In this document: piece by piece, positions 49,671 to 61,166 of the stretch | Layout of the letters: the number at the start of each line of letters is the position of its first letter | Position numbering within the stretch: position 1 is the stretch's first letter | Position numbers and translations under genes: made by a program | DNA from: an uncultured Chloroflexia bacterium | GTDB lineage: Bacteria > Chloroflexota > Limnocylindria > Limnocylindrales > CSP1-4 | NCBI GenBank assembly: GCA_963817245.1 | Contig: CAWFNQ010000003.1 | Location: 43,238-107,237 of the forward strand | Direction of reading: 5' to 3' | DNA length: 64,000 nucleotides | Notes under the pieces: generated by a model | The model's input: only the letters and a program-made list of their open reading frames with translations | Database searches by the model: none | What the model was told of the DNA's origin: nothing

Positions 49671-50743
49671 CGTCGCCCCTCGCCTACTTCTGGGGCGACG
49701 ACGACTACGTCATCGGGCGCCACATCGACCGGCTGGTCGCCGCGCTCGACGCCGAGACCGGGATGCCTCTCGAGCGCTGGGATCCGTGGGCCGATCCCCG
49801 GTCGGTCGCCCAGACCGTGGCCCTCATGGCCGAGCGGCTGACGACGGCCACGATGTTCGGAGGCGGAACGTTCGTGGTGCTGCGCAACCCGGGGCCGTTC
49901 ATCAAACGGAACGAGGACCGCGATGCGCTCATCGGGGCGATCGCGAACGTCGCCACGGGCAACGGCCTCGCCGTGATCGACGCCCACGACACACGAGCAC
50001 CGCGGGCGAAGCGCCGCTTCCCGCCACACAAGCGCCTCGCCGACGCGGTCGCCGCGGCCGGCGGCGAGGTGCGATCCGTCGACCCGCCGCGAGGCGACGG
50101 CTTCGTGAGCTTCATCGAGCGCGAGGCCCGGGAGCGAAGGCTGACCCTCGGGCCGGGCGCAGCGGCCGAGCTGGCGGCTCGCGTCGGCGGCTCCGCGACC
50201 GACGATGACGTCGAGCGCCGCTACCAGACCCGACGCGCGGCGACCGAGCTCGACAAGCTCGCCCTTCGTCGCGACGACGGTCGCATCTCGGCGGACGACG
50301 TTCGCGCGCTCGTCGGCGAGGACGAGCCAGGTTCGCTCTTCGCCCTCACCGACGCGGTCGGGATGCGCCGAGCCGATCGCGCCCTCGAGGCGCTCGCCCG
50401 CGTGCTCGAGACGCAGCCCGAGCCGGTGATCCTCGTGATGCTCCACCGCCGGATCCGCGACCTGCTCGAGATCGGGGATCGTCTCGCGCGTGGTCAGAAG
50501 CCGTCGGACGTCGTGGCCGCGACCGGGCTTCACCCATACGTCGTCGAGCGGATGGAGGCCCAGGCTCGCAACTGGACCGGCGCCGAGCTGGCCGACGCGC
50601 TCGATGGCCTGCTCGAGCTCGATGCGATGGTCAAGCACGCCCCGGGTTCGGAGGGGACCGACGCGCAACGGCGCCTGGCGTTCACGCTCTGGGTGATGGC
50701 CCACGTGCCGCGCCGGGCGCGGCAGCCGGTCGGGTCGAGCTAG
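49667..50743 (+). CDS. holA: DNA polymerase III subunit delta
   Basis: 358-aa ORF directly after comEC/HD, as in many Gram-positive genomes. YFWGDDDYVI, TATMFGGGTFVVL and PYVVERM (delta C-terminal domain). Confidence 0.85.
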   Translation: MTSPLAYFWGDDDYVIGRHIDRLVAALDAETGMPLERWDPWADPRSVAQTVALMAERLTTATMFGGGTFVVLRNPGPFIKRNEDRDALIGAIANVATGNGLAVIDAHDTRAPRAKRRFPPHKRLADAVAAAGGEVRSVDPPRGDGFVSFIEREARERRLTLGPGAAAELAARVGGSATDDDVERRYQTRRAATELDKLALRRDDGRISADDVRALVGEDEPGSLFALTDAVGMRRADRALEALARVLETQPEPVILVMLHRRIRDLLEIGDRLARGQKPSDVVAATGLHPYVVERMEAQARNWTGAELADALDGLLELDAMVKHAPGSEGTDAQRRLAFTLWVMAHVPRRARQPVGSS

Positions 50744-50744
50744 G

Positions 50745-50996
50745 TCAGCCCGCGGACCAGGCCTGTTCCTGGACGACGAGATCGCTCTCGATGGCGAAGA
50801 CGCAGCGGCCCTCGCCCAGGTCCAGCAATTCGATCAGGTCCGGGTCGATGTAGAGCTGCGAGCAATCCTCGCACAGCCCGCCGGGGATGCCGAAGCACAA
50901 CCGCTCGCTGCGGTCGGGCAGGCGGAACGTGGTATCGAACCGGGTCGTGATGAGCCGGCGACCACAAGCGGGGCAGCGATCTCGCATGGGCGACAT
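50745..50996 (-). CDS. YgiT-type zinc-finger protein (MqsA N-terminal-domain-like), 83 aa
   Basis: CPACGRRL...RLPDRSERLCFGIPGGLCEDCSQLYIDPD matches the CxxC-N(approx 25)-CxxC(G/S).Y pattern of YgiT-type zinc ribbons. No HTH domain follows. Confidence 0.55.
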   Translation of the reverse strand: MSPMRDRCPACGRRLITTRFDTTFRLPDRSERLCFGIPGGLCEDCSQLYIDPDLIELLDLGEGRCVFAIESDLVVQEQAWSAG

Positions 50997-51074
50997 GCGC
51001 CGATGCTAGGTACGGCCCGTGCGGCCTCCCATGACCCGACGGTACCCCGGGGGGACTGGTACCCGCGCGACCCG

Positions 51075-51593
51075 CTACTGGACCCGGACGATCGTCCGCG
51101 CCTCCGCCCAGTGCTTCTCGAGGCCGTAGTAGTCGCGCTCGGGCGGCGTGAAGACGTGGACGATCACCGACCCGAAGTCGAGCAGGACCCAGTGCGATGC
51201 CGGCGTCCCCTCCCGGCCGATCGGCTTGGTCTTCTCGTCCCGCAGCGGTCCGACGATGCCGTCCGCGATCGCGTCGAGCTGGCGCTCCGACCCGCCCGAG
51301 CAGATGACGAAGTAGTCGGCGATGGTCGTGAGCGGGGTCAGGTCGAGCAGCACGATATCGGCCGCCTTCTTGTCCTCGGCGAGCTCGACGATGCGCCGCG
51401 CGAGCTCGAGCGGGGCGCGCTCGGTCTTGGGCGCGGGGACGCCTCGCCGCGGGAGCCCATCGGCGCTCGGACCGGCCGTCTTGGCGGCCTTCGATCTGGC
51501 GGTCGCAGGCGCCTTGGCACCGTTGGTGGCCGCCGGCTTCGTCGCGGATGGCTTGCGCGTGCGCGGCTTGGCCGGAAGCGCTGGGTCGGTCAC
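51075..51593 (-). CDS. rsfS: ribosome silencing factor RsfS with approx 60-aa basic N-terminal extension
   Basis: Core DKKAADIVLLDL..ADYFVICSG.SERQ..AI.D...WVLLDFGSVIVHVF..ERDYY.LE. The N-terminal PAKPRTRKPSATKPAATNGAKAPATARSKAAKTAG tail is additional. Confidence 0.88.
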   Translation of the reverse strand: MTDPALPAKPRTRKPSATKPAATNGAKAPATARSKAAKTAGPSADGLPRRGVPAPKTERAPLELARRIVELAEDKKAADIVLLDLTPLTTIADYFVICSGGSERQLDAIADGIVGPLRDEKTKPIGREGTPASHWVLLDFGSVIVHVFTPPERDYYGLEKHWAEARTIVRVQ

Positions 51594-51599
51594 GATCGA

Positions 51600-52220
51600 T
51601 CATCCCTCCTTGTCGGGTCGATAGAGCGCATGGTCGCCGATATACGCGGCGACCGCATCGGGGACGAGATAGCGCAGCGACTTGCCGGCTGCCGCCCGTG
51701 TCCGGAGCTCCGAGGCGGAGATCCGCAGGTGCGGCCCGTCGAGGAAGATCGCCCGGACGTCGGTCGCGCCGAAATGGTCCGTGAGGAACGCCGGTCCTGC
51801 CTCCGGGAAACCGTCACGCGGCACCACGATCAGTCGTGCGAGGGCGACGATCCGGTCCGGGTCGTGCCAGCGGGGGAGCTCCAGGAACGTCTCGGCCGAG
51901 AGGATCAGCGACAGGTCGCCGGTCGCGTCGTCGGCCGCGAGCGCCGCCAGGGTGTCGGCCGTATAGGACGGTCCGGGGCGCTCGAGCTCGATCCGGCTCA
52001 CGGCGAATGCCGCGTTCCCGGCGACCGCCAGCTCGACCATCGCGTACCGATCCGCGGCCGGGGTGATGGTCATGCCCGCCTTGTGTGGCGGTATCGCGGC
52101 CGGCACGAAGAGGACCCGCTCGAGATCGGCGGTCTCGCGGGCCGCCTCGGCGATGGCGAGATGGGCGAGGTGGATCGGGTCGAATGTCCCGCCGAAGACC
52201 CCGGTCCCGGTCGGACTCAC
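51600..52220 (-). CDS. nadD: nicotinate-nucleotide adenylyltransferase
   Basis: Track ORF trimmed to GTG 52220, which overlaps the obg stop (GTGA). GVFGGTFDPIHLAHL and ISASELR motifs. Confidence 0.9.
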   Translation of the reverse strand: MSPTGTGVFGGTFDPIHLAHLAIAEAARETADLERVLFVPAAIPPHKAGMTITPAADRYAMVELAVAGNAAFAVSRIELERPGPSYTADTLAALAADDATGDLSLILSAETFLELPRWHDPDRIVALARLIVVPRDGFPEAGPAFLTDHFGATDVRAIFLDGPHLRISASELRTRAAAGKSLRYLVPDAVAAYIGDHALYRPDKEG

Positions 52221-53521
52221 CGGCCCTCCCAATCCTCGGGCTCCCATTCGAGCTCGGAGCCGCCGATGCGCACGAGGTCGCCCGAGCGGATGCCGGCCCG
52301 GCGCAGCTCGGCATCGATGCCGAGGCGGGCCAGGTCGCGCTGGAACCGCTCGGCGGACTCCTCGACGTCGAAGTTCGTCTGGGCCGCGATCCGCTCGATC
52401 CGCGCGCCGCGGACCCGGAAGATGCCGTCCTCCTCGGCCTCGATCGCGAAGCCGTCGCCCATCGCCTCGATGCGGTGGACCACGACCCCGGAGGGCTCCG
52501 GCGGTGCCGCGAGCTCCGCCGCATCCGGCAGGACGTTGGCGAGGTGCCCGCGGAGCTCGTCGAGCCCCTCCCCCGTCTCGGCCGAGATGCCGACCACGGT
52601 CAGATGCTGGGCCTCCCGCGCGCGCCGGAAGGCCGGCCACGCCTCGCGCGCCGCCGGCAGGTCGAGCTTATTGAACACGACGAGCATCGGCTTCTCGAGG
52701 AGCGCTGGGTCGTGCGCCGCGAGCTCGTCGCGGATGACCCCGTGGTCCCACTCGGGATCGCGCGAGGCGCCGTCGACGATGTGGACGAGGATCCGCGTCC
52801 GTTCGACGTGGCGTAGGAAGGCGTGCCCGAGCCCGGCGCCGGCGCTCGCGCCTTCGATGAGCCCCGGGACGTCGGCGATCGTCGGCCGGCGCTCATCCTC
52901 GTCGCCGAGGTCCATGACGCCGAGGTTCGGCTCGAGGGTCGTGAACGGATAGTCGGCGATCTTCGGCTGGGCGGCCGTGAGCGCGGCGAGCAGCGTGGAC
53001 TTGCCGGCATTCGGCAGGCCGACTAGGCCGACGTCGGCGATGAGCCGGAGCTCGAGGCGCAGCCAGGTCTCCGACCCGGGCTCGCCCTTCTGAGCGTGCC
53101 GCGGCGCCTGGTGCGTCGCGGTCTTGAAGTGCGTGTTGCCGAGGCCGCCGCGGCCGCCGCGCGCGACGATGGCTCGCTGGCCGACGGCCACGAGGTCGGC
53201 GATCAGCTCCCCGGTGTCGTCGCGATGTACCGCGGTGCCGGGCGGGACGGTCAGCACGAGGTCCTCGCCTGCCTTGCCGTGACGCCGGGCCCGCTCGCCG
53301 CGGCCACCCGGGGTCGCCTTGAAGTGGCGCTTCACCTGGAAGTCCCGCAGGGTCGTCTGGCCGGCGTCCACCTCGAGGTAGATCGAGCCGCCTCGTCCGC
53401 CATCACCGCCGTCGGGGCCGCCGCGCGGCACATGCGCCTCCCGACGGAAGGTCGCGGCCCCGTCGCCGCCATCGCCGGCGCGGACCCAGATCTTCACGCG
53501 GTCGAGGAACATCGAAGCCAT
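52217..53521 (-). CDS. obg: GTPase Obg/CgtA
   Basis: FLDRVKIWVRAGDGGDG Gly-rich Obg fold, G-motifs GLPNAGKST, DVPGLIEGA and NKLD, and a C-terminal OCT domain. Confidence 0.95.
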   Translation of the reverse strand: MASMFLDRVKIWVRAGDGGDGAATFRREAHVPRGGPDGGDGGRGGSIYLEVDAGQTTLRDFQVKRHFKATPGGRGERARRHGKAGEDLVLTVPPGTAVHRDDTGELIADLVAVGQRAIVARGGRGGLGNTHFKTATHQAPRHAQKGEPGSETWLRLELRLIADVGLVGLPNAGKSTLLAALTAAQPKIADYPFTTLEPNLGVMDLGDEDERRPTIADVPGLIEGASAGAGLGHAFLRHVERTRILVHIVDGASRDPEWDHGVIRDELAAHDPALLEKPMLVVFNKLDLPAAREAWPAFRRAREAQHLTVVGISAETGEGLDELRGHLANVLPDAAELAAPPEPSGVVVHRIEAMGDGFAIEAEEDGIFRVRGARIERIAAQTNFDVEESAERFQRDLARLGIDAELRRAGIRSGDLVRIGGSELEWEPEDWEGR

Positions 53522-53570
53522 CCTCGCACGGTCGGCCGGGTCGCGCCCGGCCGCCGTCGATGGGTCGCGG

Positions 53571-54962
53571 CTAGAGGTACGCGAGCGGGTTGACTCGCCG
53601 GCCGCCGGCCCAGATGGGGCCGATCCAGACCTCGAAGTGCAGATGCGGGCCGGTGGCGTTGCCGGTCTGGCCGATCCGGCCTACCTGCTGGCCGGCACCG
53701 ACGTGCTGGCCCCGCCCCACCAGGACCGCCGACATGTGGTTGTACGTCGTGTACAGGTTCGAACCGTGGGCGATCCACACCTGGTAGCCGCCGCCGTTGC
53801 TCTTCCAGCCGGCGAAGGTGACGGTCCCCGACCCACCCGCGCGGACCTCCGACCCGTAGTCGGCGGCGATGTCGATGGCGTAGTGGCCGTAGTGGTAGTA
53901 CTGGCTGATGTAGTTGTTGCCGCCCACGACCGGCCACAGGAAGTGGCCGCCGCCGTAATGCGTCGGCGGACGGACCGAACCGCCGCCGCCGCCGCTGACG
54001 GGCGGATGGTGGACCACCGGGGTCTTGGTGGGCTTGGGCGTCGGGATCGGCTTGCCCTTGGCGCTGGGCACGACGAGCACCTGGCCGACGACGAGGTTCG
54101 GGTCGGTCAGGTTGTTCGTCTTGATGATCCGCGACTGGTCGACGTGGTACTTCGTCGCGAGCGAGTCGAGGGTGTCGTTCGGGGTGACCGTGACGACCAG
54201 GCCGCTCACCGGCGGGATGACGAGGACCTGGCCGATGTGGAGCGCGTCCTTCGAGGTGAGCTTGTTCGCCCACCACAGGGTCATCATCGAGACGTCGAAC
54301 TTGTTGGCGATCCCGCTCAGCGTGTCGCCGGCGTGGACGCGGTACTTCTTGAGCAGGCTCCGGCCGTCCTCGACCGTGGTATCGACCGCGACGGGCTTGA
54401 TGAGCGTGCCGTCATCGAGGAACGGGCCGCTGACCCCGCCGGCCGCCACGGGGATGTCGGCCGCGACATCGACGCCGGCCGCAGCAGCGCGCAGGTCGAC
54501 CGGCGTCAACGGGTCGGTAAGGTCCGAGACATCGACGGCGCCGTCGACCGAGCCGTCGCCGTTGCCGGTCTCGTCGAGCCCGCCGCCGCCCATGATCGCG
54601 ATCCGCGGCGAGATGCCGTCGCCCTCGGGGCCGCCGGTCGGGCCGCCCGGTGTCGCGGCGGAGACGCTGACGACCGATGCGCAGAGGACGATGGCCGCGA
54701 CCGAGATGGCCACGACCTTGTCGGTCCCGAGCCGGCCGAGCAGGCCGGTGCGATCGAGCCGCGCCGCCTGGCGGACGGCGCGACGCCGCCCGTTCGCCGG
54801 GGCGAGATAGGCCGCCGCAGCGGCGGATCGGACACCGCCCCGGACCTGTCGAGCCATGGCCAGACCGTGGGTCTGGAGCTCTGACGCGGGGGCGGGCCGG
54901 AGGCTACGGGGTCGGCGCAGGCGTCGCATGACGCGCTGGACATCGACCGACGCGTTCAGCAA
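53571..54962 (-). CDS. LysM-domain M23 (lysostaphin-like) peptidoglycan endopeptidase
   Basis: Two LysM repeats (VHAGDTLSGIANKFDVSMMTLWWANKL, VTPNDTLDSLATKYHVDQSRIIKTNNL). M23 motifs HYAIDIAA and TGPHLHFEV. The start is uncertain (alternative near 54857). Confidence 0.85.
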   Translation of the reverse strand: MLNASVDVQRVMRRLRRPRSLRPAPASELQTHGLAMARQVRGGVRSAAAAAYLAPANGRRRAVRQAARLDRTGLLGRLGTDKVVAISVAAIVLCASVVSVSAATPGGPTGGPEGDGISPRIAIMGGGGLDETGNGDGSVDGAVDVSDLTDPLTPVDLRAAAAGVDVAADIPVAAGGVSGPFLDDGTLIKPVAVDTTVEDGRSLLKKYRVHAGDTLSGIANKFDVSMMTLWWANKLTSKDALHIGQVLVIPPVSGLVVTVTPNDTLDSLATKYHVDQSRIIKTNNLTDPNLVVGQVLVVPSAKGKPIPTPKPTKTPVVHHPPVSGGGGGSVRPPTHYGGGHFLWPVVGGNNYISQYYHYGHYAIDIAADYGSEVRAGGSGTVTFAGWKSNGGGYQVWIAHGSNLYTTYNHMSAVLVGRGQHVGAGQQVGRIGQTGNATGPHLHFEVWIGPIWAGGRRVNPLAYL

Positions 54963-55215
54963 TACGGTCTCCTGGCACGTGGACGGTCGCGCGCGTCGGA
55001 GGTGCGCGGGTGCTTGGGTCTTGGGGGCCGACCGTCCGAGGTCGCGCTATCGAGCTGGGGGTCTCTACTTCGCGGCCGCCGCCCGGATCTCGGGCTCACG
55101 ACATCGTGCCGAACCGTACCACGAAGGTTGCGAGACTGACAAACCTGCGAAGGTCGCGAATCGGTGCCGAACGGCCCTTGACGGGGCCCCGGCGCAACGA
55201 GTTCTCGGCCGCGAT

Positions 55216-56616
55216 CTATGCGTCGAGGCTCTTCGTGAGCGTCGAGAGGAACTGGGCGTTGCTGTCGGTCTTGGCGAGCCGGTTGAGCAGGATCTCGATG
55301 CCCTCATTCGCGCCCACGGCGGAGAGCATCCGGCGCATGGTCCAGACCATCTTGAGGGTGCCCTCCTCGAGGAGCAGCTCCTCCCGACGGGTGCCCGAGC
55401 GCTGGACGTCGATCGACGGGAAGATGCGCTTCTCGGCGAGCTTGCGGTCGAGGATGAGCTCCGAGTTGCCGGTGCCCTTGAATTCCTCGTAGATGACATC
55501 GTCCATGCGCGAACCCGTGTCGACGAGGCACGTCCCGATGATCGTCAGCGAGCCACCTTCCTCGATGTTCCGTGCCGCGCCGAAGAACCGCTTGGGCGGG
55601 TAGAGCGCGATCGGATCGAGGCCGCCCGACAGGGTCCGGCCCGACGGCGGGAGCGCGAGGTTGTAGGCCCGCGCGAGCCGTGTGATCGAGTCGAGCAGGA
55701 TCACGACGTCGCGACCGGTCTCGACCTGGCGCTTGGCGATCTCGAGGGCCATCTCGGCGACGTGGGTGTGGTTCTCGGTCGGCTCGTCGAAGGTCGAGCT
55801 GATGACCTCGCCCTTGACGCTGCGGCGCATGTCGGTGACTTCCTCAGGCCGCTCGCCGATGAGCGCGACCATGAGGAGGATCTCGGGGTAGTTCGCACTG
55901 ACGCCGTTGGCGATCTGCTTGAGGAGCATCGTCTTGCCGGCCTTCGGCGGGCTGACGATGAGCGCGCGCTGGCCCTTGCCGATCGGGTTGACGAGATTGA
56001 TCAACCGCTGGCTCAGGTTCTTCGGGTCTGTCTCGAGGTTGATCAGGACGTCCGGGTGGACCGGGGTCAGGTCACCGAAGACGGGCCGCCGACGGGCGGT
56101 CTCGGTGTCGACGCCGTTGACCGCGTCGACGCGGAGCATGCCCCAGTACTTCTCGCCCTCGCGCGGGGCGCGCACGGCACCAGACACGCGATCGCCGATG
56201 CGCAGGCCGAAGCGGCGCACCTGGCTCGAGGAAACGTAGACGTCGTCGGGGCTGGGCAGCAGGCCGTGCCGGCGCATGAAGCCGAAGCCCTCGTCGACGA
56301 TGTCGAGGATGCCGGTCGCGTAGGCATGGCCGGCGCGCTCGGTCTGGCGCTGGAGGATCTGGTCGACGAGCACGTCCTTGCGCTCGCTGGGGGCGGTCTC
56401 GAGTTCGAGGTCGCGCGACACCTGGCGGAGCTCGGCGACGCTCATCTCGCGGAGGTCGTTGACCTCGAGGTCATTTCGTTCGCGGGCCGCCTCGATCTCC
56501 TGCATCTCCTCGAATTCGGAGACGGGAGCGCGACTGATCGCGGGGTTGCGACGGCGCGGCCGCCGGTTGCGGGAGCGCTGGTCTGGGCCTGGTCCGGGCA
56601 TATGGGTAGGGGTCAC
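55216..56616 (-). CDS. rho: transcription termination factor Rho
   Basis: Rho N-terminal and CSD-like RNA-binding domains (GFGFMR), Walker A SPPKAGKT, and RLARAYN. A short Arg-rich N-terminal extension is present. Confidence 0.95.
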   Translation of the reverse strand: MTPTHMPGPGPDQRSRNRRPRRRNPAISRAPVSEFEEMQEIEAARERNDLEVNDLREMSVAELRQVSRDLELETAPSERKDVLVDQILQRQTERAGHAYATGILDIVDEGFGFMRRHGLLPSPDDVYVSSSQVRRFGLRIGDRVSGAVRAPREGEKYWGMLRVDAVNGVDTETARRRPVFGDLTPVHPDVLINLETDPKNLSQRLINLVNPIGKGQRALIVSPPKAGKTMLLKQIANGVSANYPEILLMVALIGERPEEVTDMRRSVKGEVISSTFDEPTENHTHVAEMALEIAKRQVETGRDVVILLDSITRLARAYNLALPPSGRTLSGGLDPIALYPPKRFFGAARNIEEGGSLTIIGTCLVDTGSRMDDVIYEEFKGTGNSELILDRKLAEKRIFPSIDVQRSGTRREELLLEEGTLKMVWTMRRMLSAVGANEGIEILLNRLAKTDSNAQFLSTLTKSLDA

Positions 56617-56817
56617 CTGTGGGTGTGGGGGCCGTCCGGCCCAAGGTGGGTCGGCAGCTGCATGGGGGCCGAAGCGGGCGGTGCGCGCGAATCGAGTCGC
56701 TGCGTCGAGGCCGTTCGGGATACTTGGAGCATAGACGCGTGTGGTCGACCCGTCAACGGGTCTCCGGCGCGTCCTTCGAGATGGTGGCGAGACGGGCGAC
56801 CGCGTCGCCCGGGCGGG

Positions 56818-57492
56818 TCAGGCCTTGGCGGCCGATCGCGCGGCGGCCGCGGCGCGGGCGGCCTCCCAGTCCTTCTTGAACTGGACGATGCCCTTGTCGG
56901 TCAGCGGGTGATGGATCATCTGCTGCAGGACCTTGAACGGCACGGTCGCCACGTGCGCGCCGGCCAGCGCGGCCTGGGTCATGTGGAGCGGGTTGCGGAT
57001 CGAGGCCGCGAGGACCTCGGTATCGAGCTCGTGGATCGCGACGATCTCGACGAGCTCGCGGATCACGATCATCCCGTCCTGGTTGATGTCGTCGAGCCGG
57101 CCAACGAACGGCGAGAGCAGGCTCGCCCCGGCCTTCGCCGCGAGCAGACCCTGGTTCGCCGTGAAGATCAGCGTGCAGTTGGTCTTGATGCCTTCCTCGG
57201 CGAAGCGGCTGATGGCCTCGAGGCCGTTCTCGCTCATCGCGACCTTGACGACGATGTTCGGGGCGAGCTTCGCAAAATGGCGTCCCTCGTCGAGCATGCC
57301 CTCGACGTCGTCCGCGATGACCTCGGCCGAGACCGGGCCCGAGGTGATCTTGCAGACCTCCTGGAGGATCTCGTCGTACGAGCCGCCGACCTTGGCGTAG
57401 AGCGTGGGGTTGGTGGTGACGCCGTCGAGGACGCCCCACCGGGCGGCGGTGCGGATCTCCTCGATGTCGGCGGTGTCCAGGAAGATCTTCAT
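56818..57492 (-). CDS. tal: fructose-6-phosphate aldolase / short transaldolase (TalC/Fsa type)
   Basis: Track ORF trimmed to ATG 57492: MKIFLDTADIEEIR..GVTTNPTL, VVKVAM (Schiff-base Lys context) and SPFVGRLDD. Confidence 0.9.
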   Translation of the reverse strand: MKIFLDTADIEEIRTAARWGVLDGVTTNPTLYAKVGGSYDEILQEVCKITSGPVSAEVIADDVEGMLDEGRHFAKLAPNIVVKVAMSENGLEAISRFAEEGIKTNCTLIFTANQGLLAAKAGASLLSPFVGRLDDINQDGMIVIRELVEIVAIHELDTEVLAASIRNPLHMTQAALAGAHVATVPFKVLQQMIHHPLTDKGIVQFKKDWEAARAAAAARSAAKA

Positions 57493-57568
57493 CGGGTGGG
57501 CTCCGTTCCAGATGGGGGTTCCCGGCGCTGGGTGCCGCGAGGGGCCCATATCCTACGCCGAAGCTCGC

Positions 57569-58246
57569 TCAGAAGCGGTCGGCGAGCTCGCGGATGAGCG
57601 TCGTGACGGGGGTGATGGCGACCGCGAAGGCGATGGCCAGCGCGACGGTCGCGACGTAGCCGCGGAGCCGCTCACCTCGCCGCAGCAGGAGGGCCGGCAG
57701 AAGGGCGCCGAGGATCGCCTCGGCCGCGAACAGCAACGCTCCCGGGTCGGTCTCGATCCGGTCGAGATGGACGAGACGCTCGCCACCGAAGACCACGCCC
57801 TCGCCGATCAGCGCCGCCGCCAGGAGGGCGACACCGATCGCCCGCGGCCAGCCGGTCCCGTATCGCCAGAGTGCGCCCGCCCCGCCCAGGACCGGCCCCG
57901 CGAGCAGGGCGACCGCCCCCCACACCGTGGCCGCGTGGGATGCCCCGATCACCCGGAAGCCGTGTCCGAGGGCGGCGTTGAGCAGGTAGTAGGCGACGAC
58001 CGCGCTGAGCAGACCGACCAGGCCTCGAAGCGCCCCGGTGGGGATGGTCCGCGCCGAGGCGCCGAGGGCGAACGCCACGCCCAGCCAGGCACCGATCGCG
58101 TTGGCGGGGATGAGCAGGCTGAGCGGCCAGGTCAGCTGGTCCGAGGTCCAGGCCAGGATGCCGAGGGCGGCGCCGCCGCCGATGGACGTGCCGAAGCCGG
58201 CGAACGCGCGGGTGACGAGGACCCGCGATGACGCGGTCACGACCAC
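57569..58246 (-). CDS. hypothetical integral membrane protein
   Basis: 225-aa ORF with about 6 Ala/Gly/Leu-rich helices. No family recognised. The other frames here are Arg/Pro-rich. Confidence 0.55.
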   Translation of the reverse strand: MVVTASSRVLVTRAFAGFGTSIGGGAALGILAWTSDQLTWPLSLLIPANAIGAWLGVAFALGASARTIPTGALRGLVGLLSAVVAYYLLNAALGHGFRVIGASHAATVWGAVALLAGPVLGGAGALWRYGTGWPRAIGVALLAAALIGEGVVFGGERLVHLDRIETDPGALLFAAEAILGALLPALLLRRGERLRGYVATVALAIAFAVAITPVTTLIRELADRF

Positions 58247-58270
58247 GCCGCCGCGGCGCGCACTGCGCGG

Positions 58271-59998
<1,728 letters not shown>

Positions 59999-60072
59999 CT
60001 ATCGGAAAGTGCCTCGCGAGTCGAATCCGGCCGGCGCGTCAGTAGGAGCCCCGACAGGGACCGAAGGAGCAT

Positions 60073-60444
60073 GTGATGGCTGGACAAGGATCGGATCCGA
60101 CGGGCGATGCGATCGCCTGGCGCGCCATCCCGTACGGGACGCCGGTCTCCGCCCCTGACGGCACGAAGATCGGCGCGGTCCGCGAGGTGCTCGGTTCCGA
60201 CGGCGAGGACATCTTCCATGGTCTGCGGGTCCGCCTCGAAGGCGCCCGTCGGGACGTCATGGTCGGCGCGGGGGACGTGACGACGATCACGTCGGATCGG
60301 GTCGTGATCGATCTCGACCGCCCCACCGTGAATGCGCTGCCCGACTTCGATGTGCCGGCGACCTATCACCTCGCCTCGGTGGGCTGGCTTCGACACCACC
60401 TCGGCTGGAAGGATGACGCGAAGAGCGACGAGGAGCCCGGCTGA
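60073..60444 (+). CDS. hypothetical protein, PRC-barrel/DUF2171-like
   Basis: 123-aa ORF. VSAPDGTKIGAVREVLGSDGEDIFHGLRV..ITSDRVVIDL resembles small PRC-barrel proteins. Weak assignment. Confidence 0.45.
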   Translation: MMAGQGSDPTGDAIAWRAIPYGTPVSAPDGTKIGAVREVLGSDGEDIFHGLRVRLEGARRDVMVGAGDVTTITSDRVVIDLDRPTVNALPDFDVPATYHLASVGWLRHHLGWKDDAKSDEEPG

Positions 60445-60506
60445 CGACATGCCGGCACTCGTGGTGCCACCGTTCGATCGACACCTGCTCCGTTCGGGGA
60501 GGCCTC

Positions 60507-61091
60507 ATGGAGTTCAGCGACGTCGTCATGAAGCGCCGGGCCGTGCGCCGGTTCGAGGAGGGTGGTGTCGAGCGCGACGTGATCGAGCGGATCGCGCGGC
60601 TCGCCCAGCGAACACCGTCGGCCGGCTTCAGCCAAGGCCAGCGCCTGATCGTCGTGACCGACCGGGAACGACGTCGCGAGGTGGCCCGGATCTGCGGTGA
60701 GGAGGAATACGGCGAGTTCGGGCCGTGGGTGAGCGAGTGTGCCGCCCAGTTCATCCCATGTGTCAGCGAAGCGATCTACCACCGCCGCTATCAGGAGCCC
60801 GACAAGGTCGACGACGACGGCAACGAGATCGACTGGCCGGTCCCCTACTGGTGGGTCGACATCGGCGCGACGATGCAGAACGTGATGCTCGCGGCCGTCA
60901 ACGAGGGCCTCGGATGCGGCTTCATCGGGCCTGAGGTCGAGCCGCTCCGCGCATACCTCGGCATCCCCGACGAGTTCGTCCCGATCGGCGTCATGCCCGT
61001 CGGCCGCCCGCTTCCCGACATCCGCTCCCCGAGCCTCAAGCGCGGCTGGGTCCCGTTCGACGAGTTCGCCCGCTGGGATCGCTGGGGCTGA
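60507..61091 (+). CDS. nitroreductase family protein
   Basis: VVMKRRAVRRFE N-terminal FMN-binding motif, TPSAGFSQG, and GLGCGFIG..IPDEFVPIGVMPVG. Confidence 0.85.
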   Translation: MEFSDVVMKRRAVRRFEEGGVERDVIERIARLAQRTPSAGFSQGQRLIVVTDRERRREVARICGEEEYGEFGPWVSECAAQFIPCVSEAIYHRRYQEPDKVDDDGNEIDWPVPYWWVDIGATMQNVMLAAVNEGLGCGFIGPEVEPLRAYLGIPDEFVPIGVMPVGRPLPDIRSPSLKRGWVPFDEFARWDRWG

Positions 61092-61166
61092 GAGCTCGGG
61101 CGTCGGGCATCCTGACTGATCGACTCGGACGATGTCCCCGGGGCGGCGGCCGATCGGCGCGCAGCA

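Noticed and set aside
54963-55215. I checked the 250-nt leader of the LysM-M23 peptidase gene for a c-di-AMP riboswitch, since cell-wall hydrolase genes often carry one.
   Set aside because: Only vague resemblances were found (GGUACGG, GUAGAGA, CCCGAGAUCC), in the wrong order. There is no convincing pseudo-symmetric architecture. A covariance-model scan would be needed to be sure.
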